From the NCBI GenBank assembly GCA_041645165.1, contig JBAZQN010000010.1:102-64101 (forward strand): DNA of 64,000 nt, given 5' to 3'. A model generated the notes under the pieces. It had not been told where the DNA came from and made no database searches. It saw only the letters and a program-made list of their open reading frames with translations. Shown one piece after another: positions 26,826 to 36,536 of this stretch. Each line of letters begins with the position of its first letter. Position 1 is the first letter of the stretch. The DNA is from Patescibacteria group bacterium (GTDB taxonomy: Bacteria > Patescibacteriota > Patescibacteriia > 2-02-FULL-49-11). A program made the translations under genes and the position numbers.

Positions 26826-29800
26826 TTAATATCCTCGGAAGAATCGCTCAAGAAGAAAATTATTTCTCCTTACATCGCCAAAACCAGGTGGTATGGCACG
26901 CATTGATGATAAAAGCTGACGATTTACATCTCTCATCGCAGCCCTATCCGCAGGCATCTCCTGAGACAGTCGGCTTAGGATGTTTAGTGCCTCTGGCGAG
27001 CCAAGATTCTTCTGCATACTCGGCTGCATGCGGCCCTGGCTCAATAATCTTGGCATCTTAAAGTAGTTACGTGCATAAAGAGTTACACCCATCGGCATGA
27101 TATGTCCTTCCCGGTTACCGGTTTTGCGAAAATCTTCCGAACTGAACGGAACTTCATTAAAGAGCGCGAGACGGTTCCGGTTACGCATGAAACTCTCAAA
27201 GTCTACCTTTTCTATTTCAGCCAAACATTCAATATTCCGTTCGATCTCTTTCGCCCACATTGGCTCGCCCGTGAAGTAGTCAATGTCCACCGCTCGCGCC
27301 ACGCCCCAGTGGCCAATCCCCTCGCCGGTATAGCTCACATCGTTGCCCACTGCCAAACCAATATCAGAAGTAAGCCCTAATCCTGGCTTATTCTTGAATC
27401 CCTGACGTTTAATGCCATATTGATCAATATAATCATCCCACGACAAGTCCATCTTCTCTGCCATCTCCTTTGTGAGTCCGCCTTTATTTCCTACCAATTC
27501 TCCCATAACAAATTCTTTCAGACCTCCGGCGTTTGAACCATAGTTAAACCAATTCTGCAGCTCATTCTCATTACCATACCTCGTAGCCTTTCTTAAGGCA
27601 GCCGCAGCACGCACGCCGTCTTTTTCCTTAATCGCGTCCTCCGCAATTCTCACCAGCTCTTTCCAGTTATCAGTGGTAAGCTTCCGCTCTTCTTCGTCAA
27701 TGTCATGGCGCGTATGTTGGCGCGTCTCATAATCGAAAGATGGCCTGATTTGGTCAGCATCTTTTTTAATTTTGTCTATTTCAACATCGAGCATTTCCAC
27801 CTCACGCCGCTTCTCTTCCCGATCAGCCTCAGTAATTCGGGGAGTATCTTGTAACTTTTTGTACATTTGCGCTTGCTTCTTCGCGGCCTCGATAAATCCT
27901 TGGTTAAATTTTTCCTCTTCTACACTTGCCAATAATAATTTCTTTCCACCATCATATTTTTTTCCTTGTAATTCATCAAATTGACTTAATCGGTCTAACA
28001 ACTGTCCTCTTGTTTCTGCTGCCCCACGGGCGTCCCCGCCCGCAATAGCGCGGGCAAGTTTATTTGGCAACTCTTCCAAGTCCTTATGAAGCTTCTTGAA
28101 GTCCTCAAGCGCCTTTGCTTCTTTCTTTAATTCCTGTATCATCTTTTCTTGTTTTTCTTTTTGAATCTTCAATGCAGGTGTTTCTCCCTCTTTCGTTATC
28201 TTATCCTCAACAAATTTAAGATCCCCCTCTGCCCTCTTTATAACTCCACCTGGAGCATTAAGTTCTATCAGGCGTGCTTCGCGCTCTTTAACCTGCTGCT
28301 TCGTAAGTCCTCCTTTTGTGAATAAATCTGCTCTCTCCTGTTCATTTATTTCTTTTTGTGCAAAGTATGCCATTGCTCGTTGCTCGAAGTCAGCAGGCGA
28401 TTCCTTTTTGATTTTTTCAAGATCATCAATAGTTTCTTTTATTTCTTTTTTCTTATTTAAAATGCTATTAGGGTCTTTCTCGCTAAGCAGACCTTTCAGC
28501 TCTATAATGCGTGTTTGCTTTTCTTTCCACCTCGCCGATCTGTCCTCTTCATCGAATTTCTCTTCATCTTCCTTTTCTTTTACCATGGCATCCACACTAT
28601 GTTCGAATCTTATCACATCAGCCATAGCTTCCTTCATCTGTTCAGGTTTAAGAGCGGAAAACTCCTGCCGCCGCTTGAACTCTTCTCTTAGTTTATCAGG
28701 ATCATCCTTACCTTCATTATCTTCAAGATATTCTTCTACGGTTCCAATACCCTTCGCCGGATCAATTGATGTATATATACGCTTCTCCCTATTTAGTGCT
28801 TTTTTTGCCTCATCAATATCTAGACTTTCCAACTCGCCCCGAAAAGATTGCTCCATCTGGCTATAAGCATCATGATCTACTTGAATTTTCCCTATCATTG
28901 CTTCTCCTATATTCCCTTGTGCTATCTCTGCTTCGATCTCCTCTTTTCTCTTTCCCACCGCCTCTGCCTCTTCTCTCATCTTTTGATATTTTTTTCCAAA
29001 CACCACTCCAGGCCCCTTGGTGACTAGCTCTTTGAGTGTTCTCGTGTCCCATCTATGGCGCAAATTATACGCGGGAGCCGAGAGGAATTGTTTCATGCTC
29101 CCCGCTTCCTCACGCTTCTTTTGGATCCGGTCCACTCTCTGGCGGCGCCAGCGTTTCCCCTTCTCCGTCACGTTCTCTGTCCATAGTTTCTTTAATCCCT
29201 CTTTTGAAAGCAACTCTTCTGAGATACCTAGTCGCGATGCTGCATCCTTCCCTATACCGGCCCCTGCGGCTTTCCCCAAACCGCCCACGCCTTTCGCGAT
29301 TCCCTTAAAAGGCGCGGCGCCCCACTGCTGCAGCTTTCCGGACACCGTGCCGGCGAATTGGCCGCCCATGACCCCAAGCTGCTGGGTGAGGGTAAGAGAC
29401 CCGACGAGGAGCGAGATCACGATGATAAAGTTGATAAGGCTGTCAGTCCTGCCCACTTTCGTCTCAAACGGATTGTATTGGTCTATAGTCGTCTTTTCGC
29501 CCGCCAAAAATTTGCCAAAGGTGGTATTTTCCCGCCGGACAAACGATCCCTGCTGCATGATGGCAAACGTGAGCCACAAAAAAAACGCGAGGACCGGGCC
29601 GACGATCAGGTGGGAAGTGAATTTTTCCCACCACTGGCTTGAATATTTCTGGCCGCCCGGGAACGCCGAAAGGAGATACGCAAGGGGAGAGAGCACGGTA
29701 AGCGTCCAGAGCATAATGACGCGGAACACCAAGACCAAGATAAACGCAAGGAGCACGCCTGCCGTCACCGCCGCCACGGCAAGCCCCAAAAGAAGCCCCC

Positions 29801-30413
29801 CCAGCACTTTCATAGACTCCACGTTTCCCAGGGATGCGGTCGTCTTAGCTGAATAACTCAAAATGTCCCCAATGCCTACCGCATCAATGATATTCCCGCC
29901 GGCGATGTCCCGAAATGAATTCACAAACGTGAGCATGATGATCTGGGCAAGGTCAATGAAGAACCCTGTGATCATCCGGGAAAAATTGATGAGTACCGCC
30001 ATGATGAGGAGCTTCGGAAGGAGCGCGCGATAAGAATAGGATTCCACTTTAAATATAGTCGCGACCGCGATCACCAAGAGCACTACGATGAAAAACATGT
30101 TGGACACGTCCCGCACCACGGTCCATCCGAGCTGTACCCCGTACTCGGTCGCGAAATCGTTATAACTTGCCACCATCACCAAAATGGGAATCAGCGTCAC
30201 GGTGACCAACATGCCAAAAAACCACACGATCCCATAGATGAGCGTGGTAACCATTGTGATGAGCGTTCCTTCTGCTATATTCACAAGCCATCCTAGCTGC
30301 GCATGCGCGCCGGGAACCAATAAAAACACGCCCATCAGCGCGAGCGCCGCGCTCATAAATATCGTAGCATGGCGAAAATGCATTTTTTTAAATTGTGCAA
30401 AGCAAGTAGACAT
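26826..30413 (-). CDS. VirB6/TrbL-like polytopic membrane protein with long coiled-coil C-terminus
   Basis: GW.VVRD.SNMFFI, LPKLLI.AVLINFS, R.I.LW.L..LSPLA, WW..F; multiple TMs. Confidence 0.8.
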   Translation of the reverse strand: MSTCFAQFKKMHFRHATIFMSAALALMGVFLLVPGAHAQLGWLVNIAEGTLITMVTTLIYGIVWFFGMLVTVTLIPILVMVASYNDFATEYGVQLGWTVVRDVSNMFFIVVLLVIAVATIFKVESYSYRALLPKLLIMAVLINFSRMITGFFIDLAQIIMLTFVNSFRDIAGGNIIDAVGIGDILSYSAKTTASLGNVESMKVLGGLLLGLAVAAVTAGVLLAFILVLVFRVIMLWTLTVLSPLAYLLSAFPGGQKYSSQWWEKFTSHLIVGPVLAFFLWLTFAIMQQGSFVRRENTTFGKFLAGEKTTIDQYNPFETKVGRTDSLINFIIVISLLVGSLTLTQQLGVMGGQFAGTVSGKLQQWGAAPFKGIAKGVGGLGKAAGAGIGKDAASRLGISEELLSKEGLKKLWTENVTEKGKRWRRQRVDRIQKKREEAGSMKQFLSAPAYNLRHRWDTRTLKELVTKGPGVVFGKKYQKMREEAEAVGKRKEEIEAEIAQGNIGEAMIGKIQVDHDAYSQMEQSFRGELESLDIDEAKKALNREKRIYTSIDPAKGIGTVEEYLEDNEGKDDPDKLREEFKRRQEFSALKPEQMKEAMADVIRFEHSVDAMVKEKEDEEKFDEEDRSARWKEKQTRIIELKGLLSEKDPNSILNKKKEIKETIDDLEKIKKESPADFEQRAMAYFAQKEINEQERADLFTKGGLTKQQVKEREARLIELNAPGGVIKRAEGDLKFVEDKITKEGETPALKIQKEKQEKMIQELKKEAKALEDFKKLHKDLEELPNKLARAIAGGDARGAAETRGQLLDRLSQFDELQGKKYDGGKKLLLASVEEEKFNQGFIEAAKKQAQMYKKLQDTPRITEADREEKRREVEMLDVEIDKIKKDADQIRPSFDYETRQHTRHDIDEEERKLTTDNWKELVRIAEDAIKEKDGVRAAAALRKATRYGNENELQNWFNYGSNAGGLKEFVMGELVGNKGGLTKEMAEKMDLSWDDYIDQYGIKRQGFKNKPGLGLTSDIGLAVGNDVSYTGEGIGHWGVARAVDIDYFTGEPMWAKEIERNIECLAEIEKVDFESFMRNRNRLALFNEVPFSSEDFRKTGNREGHIMPMGVTLYARNYFKMPRLLSQGRMQPSMQKNLGSPEALNILSRLSQEMPADRAAMRDVNRQLLSSMRAIPPGFGDVRRNNFLLERFFRGY

Positions 30414-30439
30414 GAATGGTTATCGGTTTCACGTGGTTC

Positions 30440-30617
30440 GTTCAATCTTGCAGATTGAACGATTGTTTTTGCCGCCACACAGGCTGGTAATACATCGTAT
30501 CGGAATATCAATCTGTAGCGTCGGAGCTTGTCTCCGACTCAACCGATCGTGTGGCCCCTTTAATACAAACTGTCAGGCGGCTGATCAACCCTACAGTTCA
30601 GTCTACAAGACTGAACC
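30440..30617. mobile_element. RAYT-family REPIN containing a nested GTAG REP
   Basis: gttcaatcttgcagattgaac ... gtagcgtcggagcttgtctccgac ... gttcagtctacaagactgaac. Confidence 0.75.
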
Positions 30618-30728
30618 AACAATGATTGAAAATTTAGTCATTGAAAATTAATTGAAAATTGAACATTGAGAATTGAAAATTGCACTTAGCTTTATTTGAC
30701 ATTGGGATTTGGAAATTGGGATTTTATG

Positions 30729-33700
30729 CTATGGTCTCACCCTTATCACCCCGCCATAGGCTTTCCAGACTTGCGGATTCGGGAGCGGGCTTGCGGCGGG
30801 TGTAGCGCACATGGATCCCGCGCATGCAACAGCCGTGCCTGGCGGATTCTCGCAGCTGCCATTGCATAGACCCCAATTATCCATCACCTGCACGTATGGT
30901 TTGAAGAGACAATAGGTGCCATCCCAACAATTTACCCCGCCCGCGCCACATACAGGCAGATCATACTCCCCTTCAGGGCCAATCTGTTTGCCGCCCACGC
31001 CGCACTGATACGTGTGCGTAACAATATGCGGATCCTGCGAGGATTGTTTGGGCTCTATCCGCAATCCTTCCACTGAAGTAATCTGCGAACCATCGCGCCA
31101 GTCGACGCGATATGAAGTCAAAGGTTTATGGTCCTCATCCACGCTACTCGTAAATTTAAGCGCCACGCCGCCGGCGCGCTTAAACATTTTGAGGAGGCCA
31201 TCGATCCATATTTGCTTCACTCGCGGCTGGGCCGCTATTTTAAGGGCGTCGGGGTCGGTGCCATCCAGAATATCCCACGCGTCCACGCAGCGATCTGATA
31301 CTCGGCCGACACACCCTGCCGTCGTTCCCGGCGTACAGCAGTAGCCGTATCTCCCCGTTTGAGGATTAAAAGCCCACACGCTATAGGCTTTCGCAAAAAG
31401 CTCGCGCAAAGTCCCCTTGCCGCGTTCCGCGCCGCCATCAAGGGCAGTATAGAAATTCTCCCAATTCTTCATCTCTTTTGGCTTATCAACCCCCGCGCAA
31501 ATGCCTGGCGCTCCCACATCGCCCTTGACGTAGCCGCAATTCGTTTCCTCATCACATAACTTCCCCACTTTTTCATCGCTTCCCGTGATGCACACTCTGC
31601 CCCCCTCTGTTCCACTAACACCGCTGCAAATCCCGGATATGGCACATTTGACTTTGATAGCGATCTCGTCATTAGGATTGCACTCAATACTGCCATTATT
31701 GCTACAATAATAAGCTGCATAACCATCTATGTCTGGGCCCTTGGCGCACGCACCAGCATAATTGCAATCTTCATCTTCCTCACACTCAGCGCCTACATTG
31801 CCGGCGCTGCACACCTTCTTCACCGCCCGGATCCCATACGGCGCGCCTGCGCGGTACTGGTACGGCGCTGTCTGCCCTTGAGTTATGGGCGCTTCCACGT
31901 ATGCAGGGCCTGGCCACGTGGCAGGATCGCCAGGATCAATGCCTGACCCTCTCGGCAGCACAAGGCCGCCATACGGCTCGTAATCCTGTTCGTATGGATA
32001 CTTGGGCGCGTTATACGGGGACTTAAAGCCGCCTGGCCCAATCCGTGTCGCATACGGCAGGGTTTCACCGTCCTGCGTCACCACTTGCGCAATCACGTTG
32101 CACCGCTCCCCGCGGTAGGTGATGATGCCTTTAAACTTAACTCTCCCTGAACCACCGCTGCCATCCTTATAATACACATGCAGGATTTTTAATTTGTTAT
32201 TCTCGCCAAATTCCAGCCATGCCGAAATCATATTACAATCATTTTCATGGGCGCCTTTTTCGCACCGCAAATAGGCATAGGGATTGTAGAGAGCATGATA
32301 TTTATCTTTATCATCGTCAGGACCGCAGTTCTTGGTGGAGGTAAGACCATTGCGCCAATGATCTTTATTCGACTGGTTCAAAATAATCGTTCCCTTCTTT
32401 CCACTTAATGAGAGATTAATATCTGTATCATCATTCCTCATTGTGCAGTCGTACGAATCGGAAGTGCCATCATCCATCTGTATGTCATCAATCCTCACTT
32501 CAATTATTTCATTTTTATATATATCCAACCAACTAAGATCAATAGGAAAACTGCAAGACTCACTCTGACATTGGCCGTATGTGTCGCTGGTAATCGCCCG
32601 ATCATAATACGGCCAGTCGCCTTTTGACTCGAGACAGTAATACAAGGGCTTCCTGCCAGTATAGCCTGCCACAGGCTCGCTTGAGAACAAATCAGAGGTC
32701 CCCAAAAGCACGTCCACCGGCCACCAAATCAGGCAGTCGTTTGCGGGATCAAGGTAGCGGCTAGGATTTGGATCCTGCCGCTCCACGCAATAGCCTTTCC
32801 ACCCTTTATACTCTTTGCCGGACGCTGCTTCCAGAAAATCGCAGGCAGGCGCGTCTTGCGTAGGATACGTGCGGCAGGAGCGCGGAAGCGTGCGCCCTTC
32901 CGCGATGGCAAGCGCGGGCTGGATAGTAACATCGTCAATATAGAAAGGGCTTGGCGCGATCGCGCTGCTTTCCTGCTGCACGAACTGAAGGAAGGCTTGC
33001 CCGCTTAAATTTTCAGGAAGCTTGCCATCCTCTGCCTTGGTGCCAAGCCGCATCTGATACGTCACCCAGCTGTTGTCAAGGGTAACTTTCTGCGCTCCTT
33101 TCCCAATCACAAAATTATGATAATCATTGCCAATGGCAAGCTGAGCGCGAATTGCCCTCAACACGCACTCTTCGCGCTCATCGTGAAATATAGGGCAATC
33201 CGCGCTGATGTCGCACAGTCGCGTTTTAGTTCGTTCGCAATGCCCTTCGTTTTTATCGGTGCGGGCGCGGAACGTAAGCATCATCGTGTCCATGCCAGGC
33301 GCGGAAATAAATGTGCCTAAGGGGATAAACGCGCCAGACCAATGCTCTGCCCCCGGCACCACCTTCAAGATAAATGTAGAATAGAACGCATAGCCTGATT
33401 TGCGTTCAACATAAATGCTTGCGCCATAGCGCGGCTGCCATGGCGAGGGGGCGCCAGTTTCAAAATTGCCATTCTGCACCTTTACGGTTCTGCCGACTTC
33501 ATTCATGCGCACGTACGGGTAGAGGCCGTCAACGCGCGGGTATATGCACACGCCATCCGCTGCGGGACATGCATTGGTTGCGGAGCACTCTCGAGTTGTA
33601 GTAATAGAGCAATAGCCAATGCTCCAGGCTAAACCTACTTTAGAATACCCTGATACGTCCTTAATGAAGTGTATCTGCGACGGCGTGTCAAAGGTGAGGT

Positions 33701-35678
33701 TTGCCCGGCCAGTTGCGCCTTCCAGCGCCACAGGATTTGCGCATTCCCCTTTCGGATCGAGCGTATCGCACACGCCAAGGTCAAAACACATGTCTTCATA
33801 CTTGCCCTGCTGGTTTTTTAAGCGTACTGCTGACTGGCAGTAGAGCCAGTTCTTGCACACGCGGTCGCGCGTGACTTTCATGATCTGGTTCGCGTCCGGC
33901 TCGATCGCAGGACACGCAGGTACCGTCACCCTCCAATACTTGGGACCCGCAGTCTCCGGGGGATTAGCGATTTGCGCGGTAATGTTTACGCAATACGAAA
34001 AGAGACATTGGGCGGGAGCGGCACAGTCGATATTACTGCTACAGGAGTCAAAAGGCGATTTTGAACATCTGCCGGTTGTTGGTGAGAGCGGTGTTGCCAC
34101 CACTGCGTGGGATAGGGTATACACCTCATCAGTCCGTGAACCTTCCGGTGCAGTCACACGACAACTTCCTAAACCCCATGGAATGTTTTGCCACGATACG
34201 GTCCCTCGTGCAGGCTTTGTCGTGCCATAAGTCACGCGGAAGGAACGACAGGTAACATCAGAAATGCCCGCGTCTACAATCCGCAGTGTCTCCGCGGTAG
34301 AACCGCTCACGATAAACTGCCCGTTATACTCGGCTTGCACAAACCCTGTCACGTTGCAGGTAATATGAAACGAATATGTTCCTCCTGCATTGAGCCCTGG
34401 GAATACTACTTTGTGGGAAATGGGATTGCCAGTTGATATCTGCGAAAGACCGCCAGGGGTCAAGGTGGTGGTGCACACGCTTGGCATGAAAGTTTCAGGA
34501 TAAGTCACCCACGTAATAGTCTCTTCAGCCGGAGCCGATGTTTCAGAAATTACATGGTGGATATAGAGCTGTTTGGGCACGATGGAAGAACAGGGCTTGG
34601 TGCAGCACACGTCGGTGGTGGCGGCGCCCGCAGCGTCTACATCCGGCACTTCTTCCCCTTCTATGCAGATGCTTGCGGTCGAACATGCCGCGTAATGCTG
34701 GCATCCTAAATCGTCCACGCACGTCACGGTGGCATCATACACACACTTTCCCGTTGTTATATTGCATCCCACATCAGCGCGGCACGTTTCTGACAAACCG
34801 TGACCGGAATAGCAACCATTGTGCGCGGGATCATTCACTACGCATTCATCCCCTGAACCGCCGCCGTTCACATCCCGGCAATGCCCAAACAACGCCAAGG
34901 GGCATCCCGCTGACGTTGTGCACGGATCGCCAATGTTCAAACCGTCTTGGCACACCATGAGCGCAGGATTACAAAAATATCCTCCCCAGCCACTAGGCGG
35001 CGGATCTATGCAGGTGCGCAAGCCAATCGTGTACGTACCGCCGTGCAACCCATTGGGAGCAAGTACGTCAGCAACGCCGCCGTTAGGCGCGACATAAACC
35101 ACGTGGTTCCTGATAGCAGCATCTGGATTGTTTTGGTCAAAATTCACTTCGGTGACGCCCGGGGTAGTTCTGGTCCGAAATATAAGAGTCACAAATGTGG
35201 CATCATCAAACACGCCCTTAGGCGCGCCGCGCACGATATGAATCGTATTGCGGTCAGTCAGGACGCCTGGAATTATGTCCTGAACCGTTACTTGGGTAAA
35301 AGGGTCTGCTGCGCTAATACACGCATCTTGCAAACCACTAGCCTCGCAGTCATCCTTCCTGATATCCAGCATTGTGGGATCATACGTAATCACCACTTCT
35401 GCCGCATACAAGGGCTGTTGAGAAGGGTTAGAAATCATCACATTCAACGGCATGGCGGTGTTAAAAGAATACCTGCCGCTTGCCGGCCGCAGGGAAAGCT
35501 CCACATTGGGATTTCCAGCTGGGTTTGGAGTCACTTGCGCAAAGAGCAATCCTACCCCTGCGGCCACCGCGAGGAATATCACGATCTTGACCCACAGCGA
35601 AAGCGCGCCAAACCAGCTATGGAAGCGCTGCCACAATTCCTTTACACTCAAATGCATTTGTTCATTATTGTCAGGCAT
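30729..35678 (-). CDS. Large Cys-rich surface protein with N-terminal cohesin-like, FN3-like and CBM-like domains
   Basis: TM; LSLRP...V.ITYDP.ML cohesin pattern; many CxxxxxC modules; NGNFETG..SPW. Confidence 0.75.
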   Translation of the reverse strand: MPDNNEQMHLSVKELWQRFHSWFGALSLWVKIVIFLAVAAGVGLLFAQVTPNPAGNPNVELSLRPASGRYSFNTAMPLNVMISNPSQQPLYAAEVVITYDPTMLDIRKDDCEASGLQDACISAADPFTQVTVQDIIPGVLTDRNTIHIVRGAPKGVFDDATFVTLIFRTRTTPGVTEVNFDQNNPDAAIRNHVVYVAPNGGVADVLAPNGLHGGTYTIGLRTCIDPPPSGWGGYFCNPALMVCQDGLNIGDPCTTSAGCPLALFGHCRDVNGGGSGDECVVNDPAHNGCYSGHGLSETCRADVGCNITTGKCVYDATVTCVDDLGCQHYAACSTASICIEGEEVPDVDAAGAATTDVCCTKPCSSIVPKQLYIHHVISETSAPAEETITWVTYPETFMPSVCTTTLTPGGLSQISTGNPISHKVVFPGLNAGGTYSFHITCNVTGFVQAEYNGQFIVSGSTAETLRIVDAGISDVTCRSFRVTYGTTKPARGTVSWQNIPWGLGSCRVTAPEGSRTDEVYTLSHAVVATPLSPTTGRCSKSPFDSCSSNIDCAAPAQCLFSYCVNITAQIANPPETAGPKYWRVTVPACPAIEPDANQIMKVTRDRVCKNWLYCQSAVRLKNQQGKYEDMCFDLGVCDTLDPKGECANPVALEGATGRANLTFDTPSQIHFIKDVSGYSKVGLAWSIGYCSITTTRECSATNACPAADGVCIYPRVDGLYPYVRMNEVGRTVKVQNGNFETGAPSPWQPRYGASIYVERKSGYAFYSTFILKVVPGAEHWSGAFIPLGTFISAPGMDTMMLTFRARTDKNEGHCERTKTRLCDISADCPIFHDEREECVLRAIRAQLAIGNDYHNFVIGKGAQKVTLDNSWVTYQMRLGTKAEDGKLPENLSGQAFLQFVQQESSAIAPSPFYIDDVTIQPALAIAEGRTLPRSCRTYPTQDAPACDFLEAASGKEYKGWKGYCVERQDPNPSRYLDPANDCLIWWPVDVLLGTSDLFSSEPVAGYTGRKPLYYCLESKGDWPYYDRAITSDTYGQCQSESCSFPIDLSWLDIYKNEIIEVRIDDIQMDDGTSDSYDCTMRNDDTDINLSLSGKKGTIILNQSNKDHWRNGLTSTKNCGPDDDKDKYHALYNPYAYLRCEKGAHENDCNMISAWLEFGENNKLKILHVYYKDGSGGSGRVKFKGIITYRGERCNVIAQVVTQDGETLPYATRIGPGGFKSPYNAPKYPYEQDYEPYGGLVLPRGSGIDPGDPATWPGPAYVEAPITQGQTAPYQYRAGAPYGIRAVKKVCSAGNVGAECEEDEDCNYAGACAKGPDIDGYAAYYCSNNGSIECNPNDEIAIKVKCAISGICSGVSGTEGGRVCITGSDEKVGKLCDEETNCGYVKGDVGAPGICAGVDKPKEMKNWENFYTALDGGAERGKGTLRELFAKAYSVWAFNPQTGRYGYCCTPGTTAGCVGRVSDRCVDAWDILDGTDPDALKIAAQPRVKQIWIDGLLKMFKRAGGVALKFTSSVDEDHKPLTSYRVDWRDGSQITSVEGLRIEPKQSSQDPHIVTHTYQCGVGGKQIGPEGEYDLPVCGAGGVNCWDGTYCLFKPYVQVMDNWGLCNGSCENPPGTAVACAGSMCATPAASPLPNPQVWKAYGGVIRVRP

Positions 35679-35732
35679 ATAGCCTAGTAGGATTTATAAG
35701 ACCTATACGACTTATAAGACTTATCCGTCTTA

Positions 35733-36389
35733 TTATTTTACAATAAACGCCTCATCTTTCACATCCGTAAACACATATTTCTCCGCGGTCATGTACGGCA
35801 CGAACTGCGATTCTTGTTTATCAATAGTAAAGATGATCTCTCCTGCTTTCAGAGGCTTCACCTTGATCCCTGAAAGCAGCCCGCTGCCCGCAAATCCTCC
35901 CTCGCCTCCTTTTGCCCCGGGACCGGGAATAAAGCGCACGATTTCTATCCGCCCTGTAGTCTCAAGCGCACCCGGAGGATTTGCTTCCATAGGCAGGCTT
36001 GTGCCCTTCGCATTTAAACCCTTAAACTCAACCTGCTTCGGATCATAGGTGAGCACCGCTCGCACGACCGTAATATGCGTATCATAGGTATCAAAACGAA
36101 TTTCAACCAATCCTTCTTTTCCCACGCTTAAACTCGTCTTCCCTTCAGGAAGCGATAGGGAAATCGCGCCTTTCAAATCCGGCCGCACGATGGGCGCTGG
36201 TGGTGATTGTCTTTGCGCGGGGAGGGGTGATGGCGGCGCCGGTTTTGGTGGTTTTGGCGTGAAATAATTCACCGCGAGCGCCACTACTACTACCCCCGCC
36301 AGCGCTCCAAGCAGCACAAGAAGGCGGGAAGAAGAACGAGGCTTTGCATCTGTTGATGGAACATTAGTTTGAGAATCTTGTGGAGACAT
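35733..36389 (-). CDS. Membrane-anchored cohesin-domain protein
   Basis: TM, Pro linker, ISLS...SVG...V.I..D...V.AVLTYDP..VEF...G.G.L..I.VKP.KAG. Confidence 0.7.
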   Translation of the reverse strand: MSPQDSQTNVPSTDAKPRSSSRLLVLLGALAGVVVVALAVNYFTPKPPKPAPPSPLPAQRQSPPAPIVRPDLKGAISLSLPEGKTSLSVGKEGLVEIRFDTYDTHITVVRAVLTYDPKQVEFKGLNAKGTSLPMEANPPGALETTGRIEIVRFIPGPGAKGGEGGFAGSGLLSGIKVKPLKAGEIIFTIDKQESQFVPYMTAEKYVFTDVKDEAFIVK

Positions 36390-36431
36390 ATGATTGATGT
36401 TAATTTTTATAAATAAATGCAAAGTTTCATT

Positions 36432-36485
36432 GTAGCGTGGCAGCTTGTCTGCCACCTGTGAGTCGGAGGCAAGCTCCGACGCTAC
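36432..36485. repeat. GTAG-type REP doublet, inverted copy of 18305-18359
   Basis: gtagcgtggcagcttgtctgccac ... gtcggaggcaagctccgacgctac. Confidence 0.8.
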
Positions 36486-36536
36486 CAGATCTGGGTAATT
36501 CGGGGGTACTACTGGGGTCTGCCGCCTTAGAGTTTA

